The position numbers and the translations under genes were made by a program. From Octopus vulgaris (Eukaryota): 64,000 bases of DNA. The notes beneath the pieces were generated by a model. It worked only from the letters and a program-made list of their open reading frames with translations. It had not been told where the DNA came from and made no database searches. The stretch lies in NCBI GenBank assembly GCA_951406725.2, contig OX597823.1:7750001-7814000 (forward strand), read 5' to 3'. Below, piece after piece: positions 24,350 through 37,489 of this stretch; positions within the stretch are counted from its first letter, which is position 1; every line of letters starts with the position of its first letter.

Positions 24350-25270
24350 TGGGCTATGAGAAAGCTATCCCTGAAAGGTCAGGCAAAGGTGACAAATGCT
24401 CATGTCATCTCTGTTATCAATTACCAACTCATTTGCATGCCTTGCCGCAGTTCATGTCTGCTCAGACTGGAGCAGCTGCTGTTCTACTTTCTGTGGAAGG
24501 GCCAAGTAGTCCATTTGTTGTGAAGACTTTCTGAGTCAGAGAACTGGACATCCCTCAGTTGATGATGCACAAACATGGGATGAGGCTACATCTCCAGTGT
24601 TTCATTGATTGTGAGTTGGTGGGTCGCTGTTTGCCAAACTTGTCTTTCAACAGTTTGTCTCTAAAACAGAACTGCAGTCGTAGATCAAGCATAGAGCAAG
24701 GCAAGGTACCTGGCACCCAGAGTGTCATCAGGTGCTCACAGTTCTCAGCAAGTCAGGCAATGTGGTCTGCAGAGGTTCCACTTTGGTGTTCTATAGAAGG
24801 TTGGTTGCAGGCAAGAGCAATGACACTCTCAGGGAGACTCTAGATGTGAATGAGAATCAATTGACTAATTTTAGAGGATTTGGGGACAGAGGTAATTTCC
24901 AGAAATCTCTGGTCTGGTCTGGTCTGGTGGTGCTATTGAGGTGTGGGAGTATATTGCTATTCTGAGATAAACTTCACAGGCATAGAAGTGATGCCAGCCA
25001 GGCCTGCTTGGGATGAGCACAGCATGACAAAACTGTTCAGCACACTTATCGGTGCTTAGGCATTGCTGATTCATGGAGTTATGTTGAACACCTGCTATTG
25101 CATGGAAAACAAATTGAACTATCAACTGAGTCCATTGTGAACATCATGCTGCTGCCTTCATTTGTCTAGGCAGGTTCCAGGCAGTTTTCAGCTGTGTGGT
25201 GGTCTTAGCAAAAGAAATTTTGTGGTGGACCAGACTGAAAGAACACAAGACAGACACCTTCCACTTTGGT
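24350..25270 (-). mobile_element. Very old non-LTR retrotransposon RT remnant (RTE-like)
   Basis: Degenerate ADHIA*LAEN (ADD-like) and LTINETLE segments on the minus strand. Confidence 0.4.
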
Positions 25271-25595
25271 CAAGCTTTCATTAACCACCTCACCAACAAC
25301 AACACTGAACACCTTTTTGATCTTCATGTGTCTAACACACGTGGACATGCCTACAAAGTCAGAAAACAACACAGCTCCCATGACTTTCGGAAACATTTTT
25401 CACGCTCAGAGTTGCTGAAGCATGGAACAAACTGCCTGCGTCAGTTGTTGACTGCCATGACACTGCATCCTTTAAGGCCCTCATGCTTTCCGAAATCCGC
25501 CGAAACTACACCTGATTATACATACACTTTAAATGAGTTGTAGTGCACCTGAGCACTGTACACAATGTTTTTTTTTATTATTATTATTATTATTT
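25270..25595 (+). mobile_element. CR1/L2-like LINE 3' fragment
   Basis: NTRGHAYKV...HDFRKHF; (ATT)n tail; near-identical to 33140-33452. Confidence 0.8.
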
Positions 25596-26180
25596 TCAAG
25601 TTTCACTGAAAAAGGAAAGTAAGGATGGAGAGGGAAAGTACTGCCATGCCACAAATTTGTTGCAAGGCGAATGTGAGTGGCAAGGATGGCCTAAGTGAAT
25701 GCACTTGCTTAGTGTATACTCCTGCAGACTGAGGACAGGGAGAAGATACTTACCCTTGTGGTCAGGGTGACCATGGCTTTGTAAGGTTACCCTGAAGCAG
25801 CTCTTGGAAGTCTCCCCACTTTTTGGAAAATGTTCCTTGTTTGACTTTTTAAGTTTCTTTCTGTTGTTTTTCTATTTACACACTTTTATGTAACACAGAC
25901 TTGTGTTGTATTATATCATCACGTACCATCCTCAGTCTTTTTATAAACTCTTAGTAGTGAATAAAAAAATATTACTATCATTGTTTGTATTTTTATTGTT
26001 ATTAAGGATGCAAGCTGGCAGAAATGTTAGCGTGATGGCAAATAGGATTAGTAACATTTCTTTGGACTTACTACATTCTGATTTCAACTCGACGTTTTGT
26101 CCTTTGGGGTTACTAAAATAAGTACTAGTTGAGCACTGGGGACCCCTAAAATTGCTAACCTCGAGTCAAAATTCGAATCC

Positions 26181-26660
26181 ATTATTGTTATTATTATTAT
26201 AAAGCTTTTACATACAAACTTAATTAGCAGTAATGTTATCCTGAGGTTTAGTGACAAATTTCTCAAATCCCCAGAATATTTCTCAGGGCTCTTAGAATAC
26301 AGGATGGCACTTTTCTGCATGTTGACAACATGAATTTCAATAACCACAGGAATAATTCTTGTCTTTGTCTTCAACAATCTCCTCAACTCTCTTGCTAGAT
26401 CTTGATTTCAATTTCTTTGATATCAACTCTGTTATCATAGGGAATTCCATAGTCTATGCTCGTACACTGTTTATTTTATTTTCTATAATCATATTTGGTA
26501 TTCTTGCTTCAATAATATGGTCAGTCTTTAAGGGGAAGTCCCATAAGATCTCGTAATTCTTATTTTCTATCACAGCCTCTGGTTCGTGTCCATACCACTT
26601 CCTGTTATTTCAAGGCCACACACTTAGCTAACATCCCAGTGCACTTTTTGGCAATCTTTG
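26181..26660 (-). mobile_element. R4/Dong-like non-LTR retrotransposon 3' fragment (restriction-like endonuclease)
   Basis: WYGHEPEAVIENKNYEILWDFPLKTDHIIEAR...RRLLKTKTRIIPVVI...MQKSAIL; (TAA)n tail. Confidence 0.75.
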
Positions 26661-26948
26661 GTTTTATAAACAGCAATTAGGGTTTATTCCTTTCCAATCT
26701 GAGTAAAAAATCTTGTTGGGTGTCAATAAACTGATCTCAGTAGTTCTTCTGGATCAATCGAAGTAAACACACCAAAATGTATTTTTTGTCAAGCCAAAAA
26801 GAGTAATGTAAACGAATTAAAAAATAATAGTGAAACTGCATTTACTGTTTTTATTAATCTTATTCACTTTACTAGACTGTAAAATCTTTTCTTCTATACA
26901 TAAAAATTAAATGAATTAAGATGAAAACAAGAATTTATTAAGACTTAC

Positions 26949-27053
26949 CTGATTTTTTGATCACTGCTTTTGCATTGAATTTCAAACATGAATGACTCAA
27001 CATTGCTTTATTATCAACTGCAACCACCTGTGGTTATGATAGTGATATGAGTA
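26949..27053 (-). other. Probable 5' leader exon of TMEM241 containing a uATG at 27003
   Basis: Long polypyrimidine tract with ttatag acceptor; consensus CAG|gtaagt donor. Confidence 0.5.
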
Positions 27054-27121
27054 CTATAACATGAGAAAAATAATGGAAAAGAAAAAAAAGAATTCTACTG
27101 GTTGGTGGGCAAGATGTTTAA

Positions 27122-27340
27122 CCCTTTAGTATTTAAACTGGCCATATCCGGCCAAAATAGTTAATCTGTTTTATGTTCAAACTTACCAGATCCAGGCTCT
27201 CACACCTACCCTACAATGTTATTCTACATGAAGTAATTACACCATCAAGATCTTGAAGATATGAGATAATGCATGATTAATTCAAATCAATGGGAATCAA
27301 TAGGTATTATATTTGATTGAATAATATGAACACTAAAGGG
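27122..27340. mobile_element. piggyBac-type MITE, second family
   Basis: TTAA flanks, TIR CCCTTTAGT / ACTAAAGGG. Confidence 0.8.
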
Positions 27341-27419
27341 TTAAAAAAAAGCATGAATTAAAAATCTTTTTTTTTTAAGAGCTTCCCCATTGTTTTAAAA
27401 TAAGATATATAAAAACAAT

Positions 27420-27810
27420 AGGCGTAGGAGTGGCTGTGTGGTAAGTAGCTTGCTTACGAACCACATGGTTCCGGGTTCAGTCCCACTGCGTGGCACCTTG
27501 GGCAAGTGTCTTCTACTATAGCCTCGGGCTGACCAAAGCCTTGTGAGTGGATTTGGTAGACGGAAACTGAAAGAAGCCCGTCGTATATATGTGTGTGTGT
27601 GTTTGTGTGTCTGTCCCCCCCCCCAACATCGCTTGACAACCGATGCTGGTGTGTTTACGTCCCCGTAACTTAGCGGTTTGGCAAAAAAGAGACCGATAGA
27701 ATAAGTACTGGGCTTACAAAGAATAAGTCCAGGGGTCGATTTGCTCGACTAAAGGTGGTGCTCCAGCATGGCCGCAGTCAAATGACTGAAACAAGTAAAA
27801 GACGTAAAAG
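27420..27810 (+). mobile_element. SINE family A
   Basis: Full-length copy. Confidence 0.88.
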
Positions 27811-28098
27811 CCTAAAAACTATTGGGAAAATTCTGACAAAAACAGAAAAATTCCAACTTATGAGTGTCTGCTATTCTGAAAGTCTGCCAAAATATATTAC
27901 AATTAAAGAATTCTGCTCTACTTCTTTTAGAATTGCATCTTGTTGCTCTGCCTGCATCCATAAGACATACTTGGTAAGATACTTCTGCTTATTATGAAGA
28001 ACCTTTTGTACTTGCTTAAACAGAGATGCTCAGCTTTACCTGCTCTTCCCAATTTATCTCACCCTATTGACTAAATTAAAAATGTTTCCACCTAATAC

Positions 28099-28510
28099 AG
28101 GCGCAGGAGTGGCTGTGTGGTAAGTAGCTTGCTAACCAACCACATGGTTCCGGGTTCAGTCCCACTGCGTGGCATCTTGGGCAAGTGTCTTCTGCTATAG
28201 CCCCGGGCCGACCAATGCCTTGTGAGTGGATTTGGTAGACGGAAACTGAAAGAAGCCTGTCATATATATGTATATATATATTATAAATGTGTGTGTATAT
28301 GTGTGTGTGTCTGCGTTTGTCCCCCTAGCATTGCTTGACAACCGATGCTGGTGTGTTTACGTCCCCGTCACTTAGCGGTTCGGCAAAAGAGACCGATAGA
28401 ATAAGTATTGGGCTTACAAAGAATAAGTCCCGGGGTCGATTTGCTCGACTAAAGGCGGTGCTCCAGCATGGCCGCAGTCAAATGACTGAAACAAGTAAAA
28501 GAGTAAAAGA
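28099..28510 (+). mobile_element. SINE family A
   Basis: Full-length copy. Confidence 0.88.
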
Positions 28511-28889
28511 ATACATGGAACTATTTTCTGAACTTTTGTGAATATTGTGAACATTTTTTACTCTTACAATTGTGAACTTTCTTGACTCTCTGTAAATTTA
28601 AATAAAGTACTTGCTTTTGTTGTTACATGTTGTATTTGTTTTTATGGTTCAAATTGTTAAAAAAATTTTTTTGTTTGCTGCATATTTTCATATCATTTGT
28701 GAAATGGCAAACTCACTAAAGGAGAGGACTGTGGCAAGAAGTTGGCTAAGATTCAAACCATAGTTTTCAGATTTTTCCCCATCCCAGAAACATGACCAAA
28801 GATAATTTTCATCTGCTGACTGATTTATCAAAAGAAGCAAGCAAATTTTCCAGCCAAATGGACTCTAGAATCTTCTGAGCAGTCAAAAT

Positions 28890-29435
28890 TTCGTTGCCAG
28901 CGCCGCCCCGACTGGCCTCATGCCGGTGACACGTAAAAAGCACCATCCGTTCGTGGCCGTTGCCAGCCTCGCCTGGCCCCCGTGAAAAAGCACCATCCGT
29001 TTGTGGCCGTTGCCAGCCTCACCTGGCCCCCGTGAAAAAGCACCATCCGTTCGTGGCCGTTGCCAGCCTCGCCTGGCCCCCGTGAAAAAGCACCATCCGT
29101 TCGTGGCCGTTGCCAGCCTCGCCTGGCCCCCGTGAAAAAGTACCATCCATTCATGGCCGTTGCCAGCCTCACCTGGCCCCCGTGCCGGTGGCACATAAAA
29201 AGCACCATCCGATCGTGGCCGTTTGCCAGACTCATCTGGCACCTGTGCTGGCAGCACGTAAAAAGCACCCACTACACTCATGGAGTGGTTGGCGTTAGGA
29301 AGGGCATCCAGCCGTAGTAACATTGCCAGATCAAACTGGGCCTGGTGCAGCCTTCTGGCTTCCCAGACCCCAGTTGAACCGTCCAACCCATGCTAGCATG
29401 GAAAGCGGACGCTAAACGATGATGATGATGATGAT
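28890..29435 (+). mobile_element. RTE 3' tail with an expanded array of 50-bp units
   Basis: aaaaagcaccatccgttcgtggccgttgccagcctcgcctggcccccgtg repeated about 5 times, then core and (GAT)n. Confidence 0.85.
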
Positions 29436-29679
29436 AGTCTGTCGCCTATTCTCCTAGAAAATCCAACCTAATCAGAGAGCTACTTTGGGATGGTCATCTC
29501 TCATCTCATCTTTCTCTTCTACTCACAAGTCTTAACTTGCAGTGCCAACCGCCAAATAATGATTGAATACACGTGTGTGTAATGATTGAAAACATGTACA
29601 CACGTGTTCATATATAAATACAGCACAGTAGTAAATAAAATATTTGGAAATTCAAACAAATTTTAGTATTAACACTCAC

Positions 29680-29706
29680 AACCTAACAGCCTACGTGATA
29701 TAAGAA
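29680..29706 (-). other. Probable 27-nt non-coding microexon of the TMEM241 leader
   Basis: ttttttttcttttag acceptor and gtgagt donor. Confidence 0.45.
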
Positions 29707-30929
29707 CTAAAAGAAAAAAAAAGATAAGACTAAGAACCACACAAAACATTAAAGACTAGAACAACTCTAGCTTCTGTTAAAATTATTTTTATAGCTTAAT
29801 ACACCTTGGGCTAACTACAGGAATGTGGCCTCCCACCAAATTTGTTTCACACCCACTAACTTTTTAAAATGCATATTTCTTTTTTTAAGAAATTTTTCAG
29901 AGATAGAGTTTAGCTAATGTGTATTATGATTATATCAAAACAAAAAAAAATGTTGCATAAATTTGATTTTGTGGAGGAATTTCAAATAATTCCTTCATTC
30001 CTGACTTTGTTTCATCACAGTCTTCTTTAAAATGCATGCTTTTTTAATGAAATTTTCCAAAAATCTGGTTCGTTATGATTGTGTGGGAGGACTGAAAAAG
30101 TTTGGGGAGGGAACATATCCTTCTCACGGGACTTAGTTAAATGCATGTTTTTTAATGAAATTTTCCATACTTTTAATTTTATATTTTAACCTACACCATG
30201 TAAATTTTATTTACGGAAAATTTCATTAAAAAATATGCATTAAAGAAAGTTAGAGGACACACCTCCGTTGTTATATTTGTTAACGATTATGAAATCCAAT
30301 TCATTTTTCGATTCCATTTATTTTTTTATTTGCTTCGGTCATTGGACAGAGGCAACAGTCTTGAAAAGTTTTGTCGATTCCATCGCTTCCAATATTGTTT
30401 AAAGTATGGTGCTGTTTCTATTGGCTTTTTATGCCTAACCATTAAGTTACGGAAATGGAAACAAATCGACGCCAATCGCCAATAAGGTGAAAGACACACA
30501 CGACCTCACAGGGAATTGGTTTACTTATAGTTAAAGACACTTGACCATGGTACCATGCGGTAAGAGTGAACCGTACGGTTGTGAAACGAACTTCTTAACC
30601 ACACATCTATGCTTGTGCCTCATTTTCTGGGGTATTTTTTTAAACAAAAACCAGCAACGAAAATATGTGTTCAAATGAAATTTTTATCTTTTACTTGTTT
30701 CAGTCATGGGGATACATCCCATTCTAGGCACCGTCCTGAAGGGTTTTAGTCGTACAAATCGCCCCAGTCCTCCTTAGTTTTTAAAGATGGTACTTATTCT
30801 GAGTCTCTTTTGCCGAATCGCTTCGTTACGGGGACGTAAACAAACTAACACCGGTTGTCAAGCGGTGGGATGGGGGCATACACACACACATATATATATA
30901 TATGTTCTTGTATACAATAAGAGCATATT

Positions 30930-31200
30930 CGAATTGAGATAATTGGAGAACGGAGCGGAATGAACGATGTGATCGCAGACTACCGAAAGCACAAATTCCG
31001 CTGGGCCGGACATGTCACAATGTTCATAGATATCAGGTGGACCCTTGCAGTTGCGAGGGGTCGGAAAAGACCACTGGGAAGGCTTCCACAACAACGGAAA
31101 GATGATTCAGTTACGCAATTTGGGTTAAGATAGAAAAGAATAGTGCAATCAAGACAGAATTAGAGGCGCATTGTGATCAGCGATTACGGCATTTGATGAT
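30930..31200 (+). mobile_element. RTE-like ORF C-terminal fragment, different family
   Basis: KFRWAGHV...GRKRPLGR motif. Confidence 0.6.
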
Positions 31201-31242
31201 CGATACTGTGTCATACATATATAGGCGGACGTCCGCCCACAC

Positions 31243-31291
<49 letters not shown>

Positions 31292-31450
31292 TCAATATAA
31301 GGGTAGCAAAAATTCAATAGAAATGTTTTCGCCACCAGCGATTTTTGATTTTCCTTTAATTTCTGAATTACTACTATTTAGCGGTTTGAGTATGGCTGCT
31401 CTTTCTAGTGAGACGAATGGACTACCAGGGTCATTCCATTATATTGTTGA

Positions 31451-31502
<52 letters not shown>

Positions 31503-31799
31503 TCGACAGGCTTCTTTAAGTTTCCGTTCTACGAAATTTACACATAAGGCTTTGGTTGGTCCAGGTCTAAAGTAGAAGATAGCTGACCGATATAGCACCT
31601 GGTTGGGGAACAAACTACTTCTCACACAGCCCCATGCCTGCAATTTATTATATTTTAATAATAAAAAAATGTTTTTTTAAAAGCTGGTTGAGATTACAAT
31701 AATACAACAAAAATCTATTGGCCTATTGTCAATGAAGTCAAAAACACATACTACAGCAAAAAAAAAAATGTTCTAAAACAAATATTAAGCATTACTCAC

Positions 31800-32100
31800 T
31801 TATCAATTTCACAAACTTTTAATTTTAAAACGTAACCAGTACAAACATTAAGCAAACACGTAGTAGCATCTTCGACAGACTGAATACGAAGTCAAATTGC
31901 CGACCAAAAGGAAATGTTGATTCCAGTTGTATACAATATCTTTCTGGATAAGTTTTAGACTATATTTTCACAGTATTCGTTGTTTTATGGTCAGAAAATA
32001 TGAATGGGCGTATCGACAATCACCAGGTGAACGTATAGAAGAGGAACCCGGGTTTTGTTTCTTTCTAAAGAGTTCGGATAGATTTGTTTTCAACAACGGA
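31800..32100 (-). promoter_or_regulatory. Possible first exon and promoter of TMEM241
   Basis: gtgagt donor at 31794-31799; locally CpG-richer non-repeat sequence. Confidence 0.4.
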
Positions 32101-33019
32101 TATTTGGATTTTACTACAATAAAATAAAAACACGCCAAATTTTTTCATTCCACCCCCCTCCAACTGCTCCTAGCGAAACGAATATGCAACTATACAATAA
32201 TTGTCTTATTAATAAATTTCTTCTTTTAATTGCTGAACAGCCTGTTAAATAGCTCGTTAATATTAATTTTTTTTTAATTAAAAGAACGAACTTTTCATAA
32301 TAGCAACTCTGATGTTATAACTTTAAAGTAACTTTAATGATGAAGTTTTTAAAGTAACTTTGGAAAGCCTACAAATAAAATTATTACACTGACACGTAAG
32401 CGCACTGCAAATAGGTTGAGTCGAGACAATCTTAATAGGAAAGATTACGAGCAAAATAATCCAAATACAACAGTAACAATAATAATGGAACTGGAAACAT
32501 TGTTGAGAAGTTATAAAAATAACTTTGCAAAGATTTAACCGAAGAAAATATCGTTAATATATTACCACTTAATAACAATAAGCGACTTATAAGCATTTGC
32601 GTATTCGTTTCGCTTACTCGAATAGCCAAGTCTATTTTTTGTATTTCCCTCTCATTGTTTTGGTTTCATGATTCGTCCCGCGGATTTATGTAAACTAGAG
32701 ATAGTCATGCAGATAGGAAAATTTGTAACCTGTATAATCATTATGTTTCTTTAACAATTTTCAAAAAAAGTTGAATGTGTTTCTTTCGTTTTAAACCGAT
32801 TAAACGTCAAAGTGTATCGCATGGGATCAAGTGATTGTTCGTTAATCTTCGTAAAATTTTTTATTGATTTACTTATCGCGGGACGTGTTCAGCTCTATGC
32901 ATTTGAAGTCAGTCATACACGCTCACAAACACACACGTACACCCATTATCTTCCATATACACGTACATACATAGATACATGTGTTTATATATCTTTTTTG
33001 TATGTATGTGTGTATATAG

Positions 33020-33452
33020 CCACACATGGTAGGTGTCCCTCCATCAGACACCTACCATACACTGAGCGCCTTGTTTCCCTGGGCATGGATTCACTGAAGC
33101 TCCGGCGCCTGGCGATGGACTTGGTAAACACCCACAAAGTTATCAACCACCTCACCAACAACAACACTGAACACCTTTTTGATCTCCATGTGTCCAACAC
33201 ACGTGGACATGCCTACAAAGTCAGAAAACAGCACAGCTCCCATGACTTTCAGAAACATTTTTTCACGCTCAGAGTTGCTGAAGCATGGAATAAACTGCCT
33301 GCGTCAGTTGTTGACTGCCATGACACTGCATCCTTTAAGGCCCTTATGCTTTCCGAAATCCGCCGAAACTACACCTGATTATACATAAACTTTAGATGAG
33401 TTGTAGTGCACCTGAGCACTGTACACAATGTTTTTTATTATTATTATTATTA
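33020..33452 (+). mobile_element. CR1/L2-like LINE 3' fragment
   Basis: LPYTERLVSLGMDSLKLRR...TRGHAYKV...FFTLRVAEAWNKLP; (ATT)n tail. Confidence 0.85.
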
Positions 33453-34545
33453 TATATCCGTATACATATACACACATGTATGTGTGTGCATAGATAGCTA
33501 ATCAGGTTGTATAGGTGACTTGGCTGTATTCCACTCCGTCAAATATTTTAAGCATCTCAGCAGTAATTCCTGATTGACCAGGAGTGTAATGGGTTCAGTG
33601 ATAAGTAGTAATGGTAACGAGCTAGTGAAAACTTCGATGGACAATAAGATATGCACCAAATTGAATTGACAGGAGGAAAAAGTAACTTCTTGCAAGTTTT
33701 ATTTATCCATCACAATTCGTCTCCGGCTGTTTTCTTGTGGTAATGAATGATAATAACAGCCAGGCTCACACAACTTTTAAGGTAAGGTTTGTGTCAGATG
33801 TAGGTACTAGAAGAAAGCAAACATGCAAGGGTGAAAAACGAAGAGTCCAAAAATACTCAGAGAGGGTTCAAATTTGTTCATGTTCGAGAGCTGAAAGTAG
33901 ATCGGGAGAATAAAGAAAATGAGTAAGCTTACGTGTTGAACTAAAGTTGAGGAAATGGATAACGTCTATCTATGTTGACAGTTGACTCAAATTTTCAAGT
34001 GCATTTTGACAGAACAAAGGAAAGAAGCTAGCAAAAACACTTAGGTTCCATTTTCAGTTTCTGTTTGAGAACCCTGAAACTAACCGTGTCATGGCCTTTC
34101 TCACTCTTCATACCCTTAACTCCCTTATCTACCATACTGTCAAATAGGATAGCTGGATTCTCTGTTGAGCTCATGTTGGGGAGGCCCTCTTTCTCCCAGG
34201 CATTTTTTACGTTTACTAGCACTTCCATTTCAGGTAAAAACATATCATTGTCCATCCGCTCACACTTCTCACATCTTAGTATTCTATGATACGCTGTCTC
34301 GCAATCTGAAATATTTCACACTGTAAAACACTATCAAATCTCCTTTCCACTTCTCTCTTTGCTATGTAAACCATAACTCCTGATGTCTCTTGCCACCTAT
34401 ATATTTCTCCATCCTTCGAGATTTATCTTTTTGCTTTTACAATTCCGTCTACCTCACTATTCCACCACCACATTACCTTTGGTCTAGCCAAGATCTTGCT
34501 CCAGCCACAGATTTGGTCTGTAGTTCTTTGTAGGTTGCTCTGTAG

Positions 34546-35460
34546 CAGGGGTCAGGGAACTTTTAACCAACTATCCCAAAATATATCTATTTATGCTGAC
34601 GTTATCCCCATGATTTGAAAGGAAGAAAATCAGATTCTTTGAATTCAAAAGGTTTATTGAATCTATTTATATGGACAATACAATTATAAATATGAAAAGT
34701 ATAAAACAAATGTGATATAATAAATTAAAGCACGTAAAAAGCACCCACTACACTCACGGAGTGGTTGGCGTTAGGAAGGGCATCCAGCCTTAGAAACACT
34801 GCCAGATCAGACTGGGCCTGATGCAGCCTTCTGGTTTCACAGATCCCAGTTGAACCGTCCAACCCATGCTAGCATGGAAAGCAGACGCTAAATGATGATG
34901 ATGATGATGATCCACATTATGAAACATGGACTTTTCTATAAACTTTTTCATTTCAGATTTTGGAGAAATGATGTCTCATTTTTGTTACAATTACATCGAA
35001 AATTGGGACATTTTGATGCCAGAGCAATTTGGATACAGTCTTCAAGGTCCAATCAATTTCTCTGCTTCATTTTTATAGTGGAAAATTCTTGTTCACAAAG
35101 GTAGGTTGTTACAAAAGGCAACAATCTTTGATTGCCTCCTCATGCAATTTTCAAAGCCTTTGCGGCAGTTGACATCCAAAAAGTTTGTTTTCAAATTCAA
35201 TACATGCCTCATTATTGGATTGAAATCCAAGTGTCTCTGCTAACCCTTGAAGCTTTTCTGGTACATCAGCAATTTCACATTTAAAGGGACCTACACCCCA
35301 ACTGACAGTATATAAATCAAAATCTGGAAAGTAATCAGAGAAACTCTCTTTAAAATCCTTGGTGTCGTCAAAAGTAATATTTTCACAATCTTCCAAATAT
35401 AAATGCAGTGTTGCTAGAAAAAAATGTGTTCTAATAAGGAACACGTTTCTTTTATATAAT
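34546..35460 (-). mobile_element. hAT (Buster/Charlie-like) transposon 3' remnant, interrupted by an RTE tail (about 34730-34912)
   Basis: LLPFVTTYLCEQEFS dimerisation-domain motif near 35085-35130; CAGGGGTC terminus at 34546. Confidence 0.7.
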
Positions 35461-35499
35461 TTTACTTATGTCTAATGAGTCTGTATTACCCTCAAGAAT

Positions 35500-35940
35500 T
35501 TCATTTTTATCCCACTTGGGGTAATTTACCCTGGTTCACTGATCTCTGCCCCATAGGACCTTTCAGTTGTCTATTCAATGTCTTTAACTTCTCCATTTTA
35601 TCAAAAGCTTCAATTAGGTCTCTAAATCTGTTTGTTGGGGCTTTTAGTTTCCACATTCTTCTCTCCTGAATTAACTTGTTTACCCAAGTCCCAACTCTAA
35701 GTCTGAAGTCGCAAACCACTAACCTATGCTGGATAGTACATTCTTTGCCTGGTAAAGGTTTTGTGTTTACAAGCATGCTTATCCTGTTTTCTGGTGAGAA
35801 TGTAGTCAATCTAGCTAGTGTGCCCTCCAGATTTGCAGGTGATCAAGAGACTAGCTGGTTTCCTAGTCACTGTTGCAGAGCATCAAATCAGTTACATCAC
35901 AGAACTCTATTAGCCTTGCCCACTCAAAATTTCTGAAGCC
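35500..35940 (-). mobile_element. RTE endonuclease-region remnant
   Basis: PGKECTIQHRLVVCDFRL...WKLK. Confidence 0.7.
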
Positions 35941-36449
35941 ATAAAATCCATTTTAAACATCAAAATATTTATATTAAAATATTCAATTCTAATTAAATTA
36001 AAATGAAATTGACATAATTCCTTTAATCTTTATTTCATAATTTTTTCAAAGATTTTCCTATCAATTTCTTTTAATGTAGAAGCTACAGTTCCACATGATT
36101 TATAAGCATCCAATTTTCTTTAACAGTTCATCATATGCTGGCATGGGATGGATTCACCAGGTAGTTTATAATCAACATCTGCCATTTCATTTAAGGCCAT
36201 TGTTGATGTTCAAAATTTGTCCTAGTGCTTCTAAGCTTAAATTACTCATTTGGTTTCATACAATTCATGTGGCTAAATATTCTCTCCACATCAGCATATG
36301 CATGTGGTAAAATGAGAAGTGTCAAAGCTAATGTAGACACATTTTCCTTGAAGTCCACAATACTCGAATATAAGCATTATGGACTTGAAGGAAAATGTGT
36401 AAACTTTCTGAAGGGGAGCTTGGATGAGGATTTGGCTATGACAGTTCCA

Positions 36450-36725
36450 CATCATCATCATCATCATTTAGCGTCTGCTTTCCATGCTAGCATGGGTTGG
36501 ACGGTTCAACTGGGGTCTGTGAAGCCAGAAGGCTGCATCAGGCCCAGTCTGATCTGGTAGTGTTTCTACGGCTGGATACCCTTCCTAACGCCAACCACTC
36601 CGTGAGTGTAGTGGGTGCTTTTTACGTGCCACCCGCACAGGTGCCAGATGGAGCTGGCAAAAGGCCACGAACGGATGGTGCTTTTACGTGCCACCGGCAC
36701 GGGGGCCAGGCGAGGCTGGCAACAT
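36450..36725 (-). mobile_element. RTE 3' tail
   Basis: (CAT)n plus core. Confidence 0.8.
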
Positions 36726-36925
36726 TCTGGATTTATCTTTCAAACACGTCAATAACAGACAAGAATTTCAACAGTTCAGTTATTCCATTCTATAAATAAT
36801 ACAATGCTTTATTTACAGCTTACTTGAAGCCATATTATTTATTCTAGATATCATAAATAACAAAATAAAATTAAAGTTATCTCTACTGATTTTCTATAGA
36901 AATTGTAGCCAGCACTGATTATAGA

Positions 36926-37282
36926 GGCGTGGCACTCCATCAGTTACGACGAGGGTTTCGGTTGATCCGATCAATGGAACAGCCTGCTCGTGAAATTAAT
37001 GTGCAAGTGGCTGAGCACTTCACAGACACATGTACCCTTAACGTAGTTCTCAGGGAGATTCAGTGTGACAAGGTTGGCCCTTTGAAATACAGGTACAACA
37101 GAAACAGGAAGAAAGAGTAAGAGAAAGTCGTGGTGAGAGAGTACAGCAGGGTTCGCCACCATCCCCCGCTGGAGCCCCGTGGAGCTTTAGGTGTTTTCTC
37201 TCAATAAACACTCACAACGCCCGGTCTGGGAATTGAAACCTCGAATCCGCTGCCCTAACCACTGGGCCATTGCACCTCCACA
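36926..37282 (-). mobile_element. tRNA-derived SINE family C with 12-bp target-site duplication
   Basis: Head ggtgcaatggcccagtggttaggg...ggtttcaattccc; actgattataga at 36914-36925 and 37283-37294. Confidence 0.85.
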
Positions 37283-37489
37283 ACTGATTATAGAAAATCT
37301 GTAAAGATAAATTTAACAAGTGGTTTAATAGCACTGCTAATACAGTAGAACACCTACTTTGTAGTATATATTTTGTTTGCATAATGAAATGGTATCTCTA
37401 CAGTAATTATAAGAACAAAATATCATAAATGTAGGTTTTTATTATTATTAAAATTGCATATGAGTGAATGACAGCAACATAAAGGAATG

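Noticed and set aside
27420-27495. tRNA genes at SINE heads
   Set aside because: A/B-box-like motifs are present but no complete cloverleaf is evident, and they are always fused to SINE bodies.
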